A stretch of DNA of 64,000 nucleotides, from positions 15,485 to 79,484 of IMG/VR virus record IMGVR_UViG_3300032782_000005. The stretch is one strand, 5' to 3'. Source of the DNA: a virus. This document shows, in pieces, positions 29,938 through 39,099 of this stretch (positions are counted from its first letter, which is position 1; each line of letters opens with the position of its first letter). A model generated the notes under the pieces. The model was not told the DNA's origin and did no database searches. It worked only from the letters and a program-made list of their open reading frames with translations. The position numbers were made by a program, and so were the translations under genes.

Positions 29938-30024
29938 GGGAGCAATCACCGCAGTACAGGGTCAAAGGCTGCGACGGGATCGGGCATAACGTCCCGGAAG
30001 CGGGTTCGAGCCCCGCTGCTCCCC
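29938..30024 (+). ncRNA. tRNA-like cloverleaf (non-canonical, CAT in the anticodon-like loop)
   Basis: GGGAGCA/TGCTCCC acceptor stem; GCGGG-TTCGAGC-CCCGC T-arm; two further stems; no CCA. Confidence 0.55.
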
Positions 30025-30025
30025 C

Positions 30026-30181
30026 TGAATGCGTCTGCGGCGTGGAAGGACACGCAAAACTGTTCGCCGGGAAGCCGAATAGGAATCGAGGCGGCGAACC
30101 TGGACCTTTAGCTGCGTGGGCTATTTCCTCGATACCTAGACCCGGCGGCAGCCGGTACTCAAGCCCGGCCGGACGCATTCA
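30026..30181 (+). ncRNA. Second tRNA-like structured RNA
   Basis: TGAATGCGTCTG/CGGACGCATTCA closing stem; GCGTG-GAAGGA-CACGC hairpin; T-arm-like GCCGG-TACTCAAGC-CCGGC. Confidence 0.5.
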
Positions 30182-30200
30182 CAAACCAAGGGAGACACAA

Positions 30201-30911
30201 ATGTCCACGGCCATCGAGCCGTCCGCAATCACGCCGCTTTCCATCCTCCATGAAGCGATGGAGCGAGGCGTCAGTCCCGACCATCTGGAACGCCTTCTAG
30301 ACTTGCAGGAGCGGTGGGAGAAGAACCGCGCCGCCGAGGCGTTCGCCACCGCGATCACCGGCTTTCAAGCCGAGTGCCCGACCGTCTTCAAGTCGCGTCA
30401 GGCAGGCAAGGAAGGCGACAAGATGCGGTACAAGTTCGCCTCTTTTGACGACGTGATGCAGCAGGCGGCGCCGCTCCTCTCGAAGTGGAAGATCGCCGTC
30501 TCCTTCCGCACCGAGCAGGCCCAGGCCGCCCTCAAGGTCATCTGCCGCGTCCGGGTCGGCATCCACTACGAGGATCACGAGTTCACGACGCCCATCCCGG
30601 CCATGTCCGTCAACGACACGCAGAAGTTCGGGGCGGCCCTGTCCTACGCCAAGCGCTACTGTTTCTGCGCCGCCCTGAACATCGTGACGACCGACCGCGA
30701 CACGGACGCCGCCGGCCTGATGGAGATGATCGGCGGCGACGAGATCGCCGTCATCAACGGCCTTCTGGAGAAGCATGGACGCGAGTTGGACGCCTTTCTG
30801 GCGTGGGCGAGCAAGGCGGCCGGCTTCGAGATCGAGTCGCTGGATAAGTTGCCCAAGGCGATTTACGCCAAGGCCGTTGACGTGCTGAGCCGCGCGGCGA
30901 GGAGGGCATAA
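30201..30911 (+). CDS. ERF-family single-strand annealing protein
   Basis: L..LLDLQERWE, YKFASFDD, Q..GAALSYAKRY, DTDA. Confidence 0.85.
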   Translation: MSTAIEPSAITPLSILHEAMERGVSPDHLERLLDLQERWEKNRAAEAFATAITGFQAECPTVFKSRQAGKEGDKMRYKFASFDDVMQQAAPLLSKWKIAVSFRTEQAQAALKVICRVRVGIHYEDHEFTTPIPAMSVNDTQKFGAALSYAKRYCFCAALNIVTTDRDTDAAGLMEMIGGDEIAVINGLLEKHGRELDAFLAWASKAAGFEIESLDKLPKAIYAKAVDVLSRAARRA

Positions 30912-30984
30912 ATTCATAGAATGGTAGAGCCGGATGGCTGGAACCACCCGGCTCACGAACACAACCCGCTGTCAGGAGCGAGTC

Positions 30985-31548
30985 ATGTCCGAAAGCCATT
31001 CTACCGAAACTTGGCGTCCGGTCGTCGGTTACGAAGGCTTCTACGAGGTCTCAGATCGCGGCCGCATTCGCGGCGTGGACAGGTTGGTTGGGAGCAAAAT
31101 ACCCGGAACACTCAAGCCGTGGAAAGGAAAGATTTTGGCTCCTGGCGTCACAGAGACGGGACGCCTGCGCATAAGGCTGATGAAGTATGGTAAATCGAAA
31201 ATGGAATTCGTTCATCGTCTCGTTCTTCTCGCTTTCGTTGGCCCATGCCCAGAAGGAATGGAAGCGTGCCATGATCCAGACCCAGACCCAAGCAATTGCC
31301 GACTCAATAATCTCCGCTGGGACACGCATATTGCGAACAAAGTGGATCAAATGCGCCATGGAAGGGGAACGAGTGGTGAGCGTCATGGCATGGCAAAACT
31401 GACGACGGTACAGGTTGAAGTAATCCGTCGGGAATACAGAAGGACGCATTACCATCGGTCTAATGCAAAGGAATTAGCAGCCCGCTATGGAGTTACGGTT
31501 GATATGGTGGGCCGCATTCTAAGAGGCGATAACTGGCGAAAAACATGA
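30985..31548 (+). CDS. NUMOD4-HNH homing endonuclease
   Basis: WRPVVGYEGFYEVSDRG, VHRLVLLAFVG, CH...N..NNLRWDT..N. Confidence 0.92.
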   Translation: MSESHSTETWRPVVGYEGFYEVSDRGRIRGVDRLVGSKIPGTLKPWKGKILAPGVTETGRLRIRLMKYGKSKMEFVHRLVLLAFVGPCPEGMEACHDPDPDPSNCRLNNLRWDTHIANKVDQMRHGRGTSGERHGMAKLTTVQVEVIRREYRRTHYHRSNAKELAARYGVTVDMVGRILRGDNWRKT

Positions 31549-32174
31549 AGATAATTGAGTGCGAGCAGGGCAGTTCTGAGTGGTTTGAGGCTCGAAAAGG
31601 CGTTCCGACAGCTTCAAGATTCGGCATGGTCCTGACTGCGAAGACGATGCGCTTATCGGCCCAGGCCGACGAACTCATAAACCAACTTATAGGAGAAAAG
31701 TTATCTCTGATTCCGCCCGAAGGCGTTGAGCATTTTACAAATCGCGCTATACGCTGGGGCGAGCAGACCGAGGACGAGGCGCGCGCTTGGTATTCGCTAG
31801 AGACGAACCATGATGTGCAGCAGGTCGGCTTTTGCCTCACCGACGACGGACGTTTCGGCTGTTCGCCTGACGGCCTGATTGGCGACGACGGCGTTTTGGA
31901 GTTGAAGTGCCCCCAGGCGGCGACCCAGGTGTCCTATCTGCTGGCAGGCGGCCTTCCCAGCGAATATCGCGCCCAGTGCGCCGGCGCGTTGATCGTCACA
32001 GGCCGTCCATGGCTCCATTTTGTCTCGTACTCGCCCGGCCTGCCGCCATTGCTCGTCAAGGTCCAACGGGACGAATACGTGGAAAAACTCGCCGCCGCCC
32101 TGGAGGAATTCCACATCCGCTACCAGGACGCCCTCGAACGCATCACGTCGATGGGTGGAGGGAGGGGCGAATGA
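31545..32174 (+). CDS. YqaJ/lambda-exonuclease family protein
   Basis: QGSSEW..AR, TAS, CSPDGL, LELKCP. Confidence 0.92.
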   Translation: MKIIECEQGSSEWFEARKGVPTASRFGMVLTAKTMRLSAQADELINQLIGEKLSLIPPEGVEHFTNRAIRWGEQTEDEARAWYSLETNHDVQQVGFCLTDDGRFGCSPDGLIGDDGVLELKCPQAATQVSYLLAGGLPSEYRAQCAGALIVTGRPWLHFVSYSPGLPPLLVKVQRDEYVEKLAAALEEFHIRYQDALERITSMGGGRGE

Positions 32175-32557
32175 ACGTCGGCGATCTGACCCACCGGCAG
32201 CGCGAATTCCTGTGCGCCATCTGGGATTTTCTCGTCTACCAGGGCGAGTATCCCACCGTGCGGCAACTATGCGATCTCCTAGACATCAATTCGCCCAACG
32301 GCGTCATGAGTCACATCATGTATTTGAAGAAAAAGGGCTTTGTGGAATGGCACGGCAAACATCGTGGCGTCGGCGATGGGCGGCCTTCACGGGCGCGCTG
32401 CGTCCGCCTCAGCGGCGTTCGGATGAGACCCGTTTTTGACGACACATTGGATGGCCAGGAGATGCGCAAGGTGATCTGCGAGCCTGTCTGCGCAGCAACC
32501 GCTGGCCCTCATGAGTCGTCAGCGTCGGCCATGACAGGAGAACCCGAATTAGCTTAA
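32171..32557 (+). CDS. LexA-like winged HTH protein without peptidase domain
   Basis: LTHRQ...YPTVRQLC..LDINSPNGV..H...LKKKG. Confidence 0.8.
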   Translation: MNVGDLTHRQREFLCAIWDFLVYQGEYPTVRQLCDLLDINSPNGVMSHIMYLKKKGFVEWHGKHRGVGDGRPSRARCVRLSGVRMRPVFDDTLDGQEMRKVICEPVCAATAGPHESSASAMTGEPELA

Positions 32558-32616
32558 AGTCGTCCATACACAAATGATACGAACCGTGTCTAGTAGGTTC
32601 ACAAGGGAGCGAAGCG

Positions 32617-33675
32617 ATGGCAGTTGCAGCACGATCGGTGCCGATCTCCAAAATTCGTCTCAGCGACGGTACGCAGACGCGCGTGAAGACCGACCCGGAT
32701 GTCGTGGCGGACTACGCGGAACACGCGCAGGAGCTTCCGCAGGCCGAGGGCGAGGACCCCATCGTTCTCTTCACCGAGGACGAGGAGGCGTACTGGCCCG
32801 GCGCGGGTCATCACCGCATCCCGGCTCTGGCAAGCGCCGGCTACGAACACATCAAGGCCGACGTGCGCAAAGGGACGCAAAGGGACGCAAAGCTCTACAG
32901 CCTGGGCTCCAACGCCGCCCACGGCCTTCAACGGACGCGCGCCGACAAGCGCCACATGATCGAAGCCTTGTTGGAAGACGACGAGTGGTCGCAATGGTCC
33001 AGCCGCGCCATCGCCGATCACCTGCACGTCTCCCACCCTCTCGTCGAGGAAGTCCGGGCTGGCAAAAATGGACAAATGGGAGAGGATAAAAAATCAACTG
33101 GTAAAATTTCCAGCACCCGCACCTCCAAGTCGGGGAAGCAGGTGCCGGCCTCGCGCGGCCCAAAATGCCCGAAGTGCGCCAAGGCAAAGGAGCGCGACCC
33201 CAACTGCGCCGCGTGCAAGAAGCTTCAGGACGAGGCGGAGAAGAAGCGGACGGCCGCTCAGTTCGAGAAGGACCGCCTCAAGCAGGAGCAGGCTGAGAAG
33301 AAGGCCCAACGCGAGCGAGCTGCGCGCGAGGTCAAGGAGCGTCGGGAGGCTGAGAAGGAAAAGAAGGCCGAGGCCCGGCGTCTCGCAGCCGAGCAGAAGG
33401 CGCGCGAACGCGAGGAGGAGAAAACCCGCAAGGAGGTCGCCAAGGCGCAAAGGGAACTGGCCGCCGAAACGCGCCGCAAGGAACGAGAGGCGATGGCGAC
33501 GGGCAAACCGATTTACGACGACCCCAAGGTCCACGCCGCGATCATCGGCCTGTCCCGCCTGTTCAACGACCGGGCTACGGCGTTGAAACAGCAGAAATCC
33601 CTCCTGTTCGCCGCCGTGCGGCAGGGGATGGACATTGTTCTAAAGGCGTGGGAAGCGTGGAGGAAGGCCAAATGA
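32617..33675 (+). CDS. ParB-like protein (ParB-N domain, HTH, coiled coil)
   Basis: GHHR box, N..HGL, WSSRAIADHLHVSHPLV HTH; degenerate palindrome at 33095-33116. Confidence 0.8.
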   Translation: MAVAARSVPISKIRLSDGTQTRVKTDPDVVADYAEHAQELPQAEGEDPIVLFTEDEEAYWPGAGHHRIPALASAGYEHIKADVRKGTQRDAKLYSLGSNAAHGLQRTRADKRHMIEALLEDDEWSQWSSRAIADHLHVSHPLVEEVRAGKNGQMGEDKKSTGKISSTRTSKSGKQVPASRGPKCPKCAKAKERDPNCAACKKLQDEAEKKRTAAQFEKDRLKQEQAEKKAQRERAAREVKERREAEKEKKAEARRLAAEQKAREREEEKTRKEVAKAQRELAAETRRKEREAMATGKPIYDDPKVHAAIIGLSRLFNDRATALKQQKSLLFAAVRQGMDIVLKAWEAWRKAK

Positions 33676-33920
33676 GTTGCCCGACGTGCGATCACACGAT
33701 GCACAACCTCGGCGTCACGTATTACTGGTGTCCGCGCTGCGGGACGATACAGCAGTCGCTGGACTTCAAGCCGTTCAACGTCAATGTTCCGAAACTGGTG
33801 GGTCGGTGCCGACAATATGAGTGCATTCCTGTTCCGTTCAACGTGCAACCACTGCTCGCATCCGAGTGGCAGCGCCTGGGAATCGCGGAGTCGATCAACA
33901 AGCCGGAGGACAGGTCGTGA
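33672..33920 (+). CDS. Small zinc-finger protein
   Basis: CPTC...WCPRCG. Confidence 0.55.
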   Translation: MSCPTCDHTMHNLGVTYYWCPRCGTIQQSLDFKPFNVNVPKLVGRCRQYECIPVPFNVQPLLASEWQRLGIAESINKPEDRS

Positions 33921-35470
33921 GCGACGCCCGCGAGCGATGGACCCATCAGAAATTTGCCCTCGCCGAGGCCATGCGCCGCATGGAAGCAGGAGCGAAGAGA
34001 ATCTGCGTTACAACCCCCACCGGCGGCGGCAAGAGCCTCATAATCTGCGACCTGATCGAGCAGGCCGTCGCAAGAGAATGCAAGGCCGTGCTTTACACCA
34101 ACCGGAGACTCCTCATCAACCAGTTGGAGCGGGTTCTGGAAGGCCACGGCATCCGCTTCGGCGTCCGGGCTGCCGGGCATGAGGATCGGCGCGAGTTGGA
34201 CGTGCAGGTGTCCTCGCTTCCGACCGAGAACGCCCGCGTGTTCAAGAGCGAGAAGTGGGACCTGCATGGGAACGGCAAGCCGATCCTCGTGATCGTTGAC
34301 GAGGCGCATTTGAACAAGGGCGAGGTCGCTCAAAAAGTCCTGAACAGGCACGTCGAGGACGGGAGCGCCTGCATCGGCTTCACGGCGACGCCAATTGGGC
34401 TGAAAGGCGTCTACGACGAACTGGTGATCGCCGGCACGCCGTCAGAACTCCGCCAGTGCGGCGCCCTGGTCCCCGCTTATCACTACGGCATCGACGAGCC
34501 GGACATGAGCAACTTTCGGCAGAACGTGAAGACGGGGGAATTCTCCGAAGGGGACGTGCGCAAGGCCATCATGACCAAGTGCATCTTCGGCCGCGTCCTC
34601 GAACACTACCGAGCCTTGAACCCGGACGGCAGGCCGACGATCCTGTTCGCGCCCGGCGTGAAAGAGAGCGTCTGGTTCGCGCAACAACTGTGCGAGGCCG
34701 GCGTCAGGGCCGCGCACATCGACGGGGAAGGAGTTTGGGCCGACGGGGAATACGAGCGCGGCGGCGACCGGGAGCGAATCCTGCGCGCTTGCATGGGCGG
34801 CGAGGTCGTTCTGTGCAACCGCTTCGTGGCCCGCGAAGGGCTGGACCTGAAGCCGGTGAGCCATTGCATCCTTGCGACCGTGATGGGCTCGCTCCAGTCG
34901 TATTTGCAAAGCGTGGGGCGCGTCTTACGAGCCTGCCAGGGCAAGGAGCGGGCAAGTATCCAAGATCATGGCGGCCACTTCTGGCGGCATGGCAGCGTCA
35001 ACGCCGACCGCGAATGGAAACTGGAGTACACCGAGAACATCCTGTCCGGCATGAGGGCGGAGCGGTTCACGGAGAAGAAAGAGCCCGAGCCGATCCGCTG
35101 CCCCAAGTGCGGCCTGGTCCGCGCCGCCGGCCCCCTGTGCAAGGGTTGCGGCTTCGAGTCCACCAAACGGACGCGGATGGTCATGCAGCAGGACGGGACG
35201 CTCGTGGAGCACGAAGGCGACATCTTCAAGCCGAGGCGCGTCAAGCAATTCCAGAACACGGAGCAAATCTGGATCAGGTGCTACTACCGGGCGAAGAACT
35301 CGAAGAACCGGATGACCTTCAGGCAGGCGGCTTCACTCATGAATTACGAGGAGCATTACTGGCCTCCCAACAACCTGCGCTTCATGCCCAAGGAAGCGCT
35401 GGATTGGTACAACGCCGTCGCCGATGTGCCTGTCGAGCGCCTGATCGGCGGCAAACAGGAGGCAGGATGA
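33917..35470 (+). CDS. SF2 DEAH helicase with zinc finger
   Basis: PTGGGKS, DEAH, TATP, QSVGRVLR, CPKC..CKGC. Confidence 0.92.
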   Translation: MSDARERWTHQKFALAEAMRRMEAGAKRICVTTPTGGGKSLIICDLIEQAVARECKAVLYTNRRLLINQLERVLEGHGIRFGVRAAGHEDRRELDVQVSSLPTENARVFKSEKWDLHGNGKPILVIVDEAHLNKGEVAQKVLNRHVEDGSACIGFTATPIGLKGVYDELVIAGTPSELRQCGALVPAYHYGIDEPDMSNFRQNVKTGEFSEGDVRKAIMTKCIFGRVLEHYRALNPDGRPTILFAPGVKESVWFAQQLCEAGVRAAHIDGEGVWADGEYERGGDRERILRACMGGEVVLCNRFVAREGLDLKPVSHCILATVMGSLQSYLQSVGRVLRACQGKERASIQDHGGHFWRHGSVNADREWKLEYTENILSGMRAERFTEKKEPEPIRCPKCGLVRAAGPLCKGCGFESTKRTRMVMQQDGTLVEHEGDIFKPRRVKQFQNTEQIWIRCYYRAKNSKNRMTFRQAASLMNYEEHYWPPNNLRFMPKEALDWYNAVADVPVERLIGGKQEAG

Positions 35471-36318
35471 AGACTGAGCAGGAAATACGCAAGGTGATGG
35501 CCGATTTGCGGGACATAATCAGCAGATGTCCCTGTGATGCGAGTAAGTGCGAGCCATGCCAAATCAAGGCTGCATTTCTATGCGCCTTGGAATGGGTTCT
35601 CGATGAGGCCGGCGTTGTAGGAGATTCGGCCATAGAAAAAGTCGCCGCCATGGCGAGGCGCACATGAAAACGCCCGAGGACCTTCTATCCGCCTTCTCCG
35701 ACGAACTCTACGGCTTCGCGCTGTCGGCGTTCGCCGAGGAGCACGCGACGCGCGGCAACCTTTCGGCTCAGGGCCGATGGATGAAGCAGCGGATGATTCA
35801 GGCGAGAAGCCTGCTCCTGCGCATCCACGCCTTCGTCACGGAATCAAAACCCGAACCCAAGCCGGCTCCCAGCGGGACGCCGGCTCAAACCCCAGCGAGG
35901 AAAACATGAAACAGGCAGTAGAGGAAAAGCCCAAGGGCGCCGTCGTCACCGACCCCGAAGCCGTGGCCCTGGCCCGGATCGCCAAGGCGTTGCAAGCCGA
36001 GCAGACGGAGAAGGTGAATGGACTCGACCCGCGCGACTGAGGGACATGATGCAAGGACGCTGGTTTTCGTGGGACGACCTCGCCAAGAAGGATGATGAGA
36101 TGACAACGCAAACTCGCCAATGCCCATTTGACGGCTGTGCAAGGCGAATTCGGCCAGAGATTTTCGCCTGCCGCTCTCACTGGTTCAGTCTCAATGGGCG
36201 CCAGAAGGCGGCGATCTGGTCCGCCTATGAAGCATGGAAAACTGGAAATATTGACGGAGACGAGTTGCGCCGTCGCCAAAAGGCGGTACTTGATGAAGTT
36301 CAGGGAAAGGCATCATGA
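35467..36318 (+). CDS. Four small hypothetical genes (35467..35667, 35664..35909, 35906..36040, 36046..36318)
   Basis: Coupled ORFs. Confidence 0.5.
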
Positions 36319-36674
36319 ATCGTCGCCACTGGATGCGAAAAAAGCCTCGACGAAAGAACAGGGGTGTCGTGCCGGACAACGAGGCGCTGCTGGACGAGTT
36401 CCGCTTCAAGCCGCGTTGCGAATGGTGCGGGCGTCTCATGTGCAACGAGCGCCTGCACCCCCACCACATCTTCGGTCGGGGAATGGGCGGCTGGTCGCGG
36501 ATGGATGTTCGGATCAACCTTGTGGGGCTGTGCGCGGAAGACCACGCCGCGCACCATAACGGCCAGCGCCCCTTGACCATCGACCTCTTGGCCATCGTCG
36601 CGGCCAGAGAGAAGACGACGCAAGACGCCATCCGCGACGAGATCAACTGCCTGCGCTGGGGGAGGCGAGCATGA
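36315..36674 (+). CDS. HNH-like nuclease
   Basis: CEWCG...HHI..RG.GG...NLVGLC..DH. Confidence 0.7.
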   Translation: MNRRHWMRKKPRRKNRGVVPDNEALLDEFRFKPRCEWCGRLMCNERLHPHHIFGRGMGGWSRMDVRINLVGLCAEDHAAHHNGQRPLTIDLLAIVAAREKTTQDAIRDEINCLRWGRRA

Positions 36675-36976
36675 GCGTGTTCGCCGCCGCCTGTGAGGCA
36701 GCCGGACTGTCGCGCCCTGAGCCGGAATACCGCTTCTGCAAGGATCGCCGATGGAGGGCGGATTGGGCCTTCCTCAAAGAGAAGGTCGCCGTGGAGATTC
36801 AAGGCGGTCTCCACGTTGGCGGCCGACATACCAGAGGAGCCGCGCTGGAGCGCGAGTACGAGAAACTGAACGAGTTGGCGATCATGGGCTTCCGGGTGCT
36901 GCTCGTGACGCCGGAACAGTTCGAGCGCGGCGATGTCGTCGGACTTGTTGCCCGAGCCGTCTGCGCCAAGGAGTAA
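36671..36976 (+). CDS. PD-(D/E)XK / Vsr-like endonuclease
   Basis: EYRF...RRWRADWA...AVEIQGG..H.RG..EK.N. Confidence 0.8.
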   Translation: MSVFAAACEAAGLSRPEPEYRFCKDRRWRADWAFLKEKVAVEIQGGLHVGGRHTRGAALEREYEKLNELAIMGFRVLLVTPEQFERGDVVGLVARAVCAKE

Positions 36977-36981
36977 TCACG

Positions 36982-37182
36982 ATGCCCCAGAATGCAGAGG
37001 GCGCCATTGCCGGTCATTATCGCGCTAGACTGGCGATTCGCTCCCAGGCAGAGATCGCAGCCTCTTGGGGCGTCTCGCGGGCGCGCGTGGAGCAGATCGA
37101 GCAGACGGCGCTCGCCAAACTCCGTCGGCATCCGGTGATGCGAAGATTGGCGAAAGAGTACGGAATCGAAATACAGGAGTGA
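36982..37182 (+). CDS. Stand-alone sigma70 region-4 HTH protein
   Basis: EIAASWGVSRARVEQIEQTALAKLR. Confidence 0.8.
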   Translation: MPQNAEGAIAGHYRARLAIRSQAEIAASWGVSRARVEQIEQTALAKLRRHPVMRRLAKEYGIEIQE

Positions 37183-37185
37183 CCC

Positions 37186-37428
37186 ATGCGAGCCTTCTGG
37201 ACCCCGCCCTTCCTGTTCGACCCGATCCCCGTCAACCTCGTCGGCAAGGAGTTGGTCGGGGAGTTCGGAGTCGTGCCGCTCAACGAGGAAATCGTGGTCG
37301 TCAGGGACGTTTCGGGTGGTGAGGAGGAGCCTTGGCGCGACCTGCATCTCCTGATCGACAAAGGCTACTGGAACACCCGCATCGCCCTGGAGTCTGAAAT
37401 CAGCAAAGGAGTCTTCCCATGCGTCTGA
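37186..37428 (+). CDS. Hypothetical protein
   Basis: AGGAG RBS. Confidence 0.5.
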   Translation: MRAFWTPPFLFDPIPVNLVGKELVGEFGVVPLNEEIVVVRDVSGGEEEPWRDLHLLIDKGYWNTRIALESEISKGVFPCV

Positions 37429-38549
37429 GCATTCCCCGCGCGCTCCTGGCCAAGGCCGTCGGGCTTGTGGCCCGAGCGCTGCCGTCCAAGTCCATCAAGC
37501 CGATCCTCGACGGCATCCTGATCCGGGCCACCGATAAACTCTCTCTCTTCGCCACCGACCTCGAAATCGGCTGCCGCGCCGAGACATTCGTACTGGAGGT
37601 CGAGGAGCCCGGCGAGCCCGGCGAGGCAATTCTTCCAGGCGAGCAGATCGTCAAACTTCTCTCCGAAACGGACGACGAGCGCGTCAGGATCGAGGCCAAC
37701 GAGAAGGACGTTCGCGTCGTGACGGACTCGGCGGACTTCCACCTGCCCGCGAGCAATCCAGCGGACTTCCCGCTCTGGCCCGATTTCCCGACCGAGAAGC
37801 GTCACGAAATCGCCGCCGACGAATTGGCGACCTTGATCCGCCATGCCATATTCGCGGCAGCGAAGAAGGGAGGCGCGGTCGGCGCGTTCGCCTTCACTGG
37901 CGTCGGCTGGAGTTGCGGAGAAGGGAAACTGGAACTGGCGGCGATGGACAGATACCGCTGCGCCGTGGATGAGCGCCCCTGCGCGGCGTTCAACGGCCAT
38001 AGACCGGAAAAGATTCCGGTCGTGCCAAGAAAAGCGATGGACCTGCTCGCCTTGATGGTCAGCAATGCCGAGAAGGATGATGTCGCCTCGGTGAGTTTCC
38101 GCCCTAACGACGCACTCTTCCGCTGCGGCGGCTTCTCGGTTTACACGAGGCTGATCGCCGGCTGCTTCATTGAAGTAGCGAGGCAACTACCAAAGGGAAA
38201 GCACGACGAGGCTGTCATCAACGCTGCCGCACTCGCCAAAGCATTGAAACAGGCCCGCCTTACGACCGGCGCAGAATGGGACAACCGCGTCGTCTTCTCG
38301 TTCGCGAAGAACCGGCTTACGCTGGAGAGTCAGGGTAAAGGCCGCTCCAAGATCGAACTGGCCTGTGGTTGGACTTCCAAGGACATGAAGGTCGCCATCC
38401 CGCCCGAGCGCGTCTCCGACTTTCTCGCCATCCTCGATGAAGGCGCGGAGATCAGGATGCAGATATTCTCCCCCGACGCGCCCATCCTCTGCCGGGTCGG
38501 GGAAACGCACCGATTCTTGGTCTCCCCATTGGCCATGACGAAATCCTGA
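37419..38549 (+). CDS. dnaN: DNA polymerase III beta sliding clamp
   Basis: PILDGILI, ATDLE, DFP, AMDRYR, TRLI.G.F; 376 aa. Confidence 0.9.
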   Translation: MRLSIPRALLAKAVGLVARALPSKSIKPILDGILIRATDKLSLFATDLEIGCRAETFVLEVEEPGEPGEAILPGEQIVKLLSETDDERVRIEANEKDVRVVTDSADFHLPASNPADFPLWPDFPTEKRHEIAADELATLIRHAIFAAAKKGGAVGAFAFTGVGWSCGEGKLELAAMDRYRCAVDERPCAAFNGHRPEKIPVVPRKAMDLLALMVSNAEKDDVASVSFRPNDALFRCGGFSVYTRLIAGCFIEVARQLPKGKHDEAVINAAALAKALKQARLTTGAEWDNRVVFSFAKNRLTLESQGKGRSKIELACGWTSKDMKVAIPPERVSDFLAILDEGAEIRMQIFSPDAPILCRVGETHRFLVSPLAMTKS

Positions 38550-38586
38550 TTGCACCGACCCCCCATTCTCGCCTATCCTCTCTCTC

Positions 38587-38790
38587 ATGCACCAACCGCG
38601 CCTGGACGTGAGCGTCGTGGCTGAAAGAAGGCCCGATGGACGGTACGAGGTCTTCTTGTACGACCCAGGAGACCATCGCGCCGCCAAGATTGGGCACGTC
38701 GTCGAGCCGTGGGAAAAGGACGCGACGATGGCCAGGATCGCGGATCAGGCGCGGGCCAACGGAATGCGCGTCACGTTCCGAACCGTATAG
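38587..38790 (+). CDS. Hypothetical protein
   Basis: Short ORF. Confidence 0.45.
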   Translation: MHQPRLDVSVVAERRPDGRYEVFLYDPGDHRAAKIGHVVEPWEKDATMARIADQARANGMRVTFRTV

Positions 38791-38810
38791 CACTTCTTCA
38801 AGGAGCCTCT

Positions 38811-39098
38811 ATGCAGCAGCGACTTGATCTCGTTTTCACCGTCCCCGTGGCCGGTCTATTGACTGAGTCGCAATTCACCGTCCCCACGCAGGAACCGAAC
38901 GCTGGCTCCTACCAACTGCCCTCGCCGACTGGCGGCGTCGCACCATACTCATGGGGCATCACGCCTGGCCAGACGCCGCCGACGGGCTGGGCGATCTCCG
39001 CAAGCGGTCTGCTATCGTGGACGGCCGCCGCCGGTGCTGCCGCCGCCGGCACGACCGTTACCGTGAACTGGGTCAGCGTCTACGACAGCGGGAGTTGA
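38811..39098 (+). CDS. Putative Ig-like virion protein
   Basis: TGGVAPYSW...P.GWAIS.SGLLSW resembles a putative Ig domain. Confidence 0.6.
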   Translation: MQQRLDLVFTVPVAGLLTESQFTVPTQEPNAGSYQLPSPTGGVAPYSWGITPGQTPPTGWAISASGLLSWTAAAGAAAAGTTVTVNWVSVYDSGS

Positions 39099-39099
39099 C

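Noticed and set aside
29938-30024. Functional tRNA-Met or attP site
   Set aside because: It lacks U8, a canonical D-arm, U33 and CCA, and no integrase is in the window. Kept only as tRNA-like.
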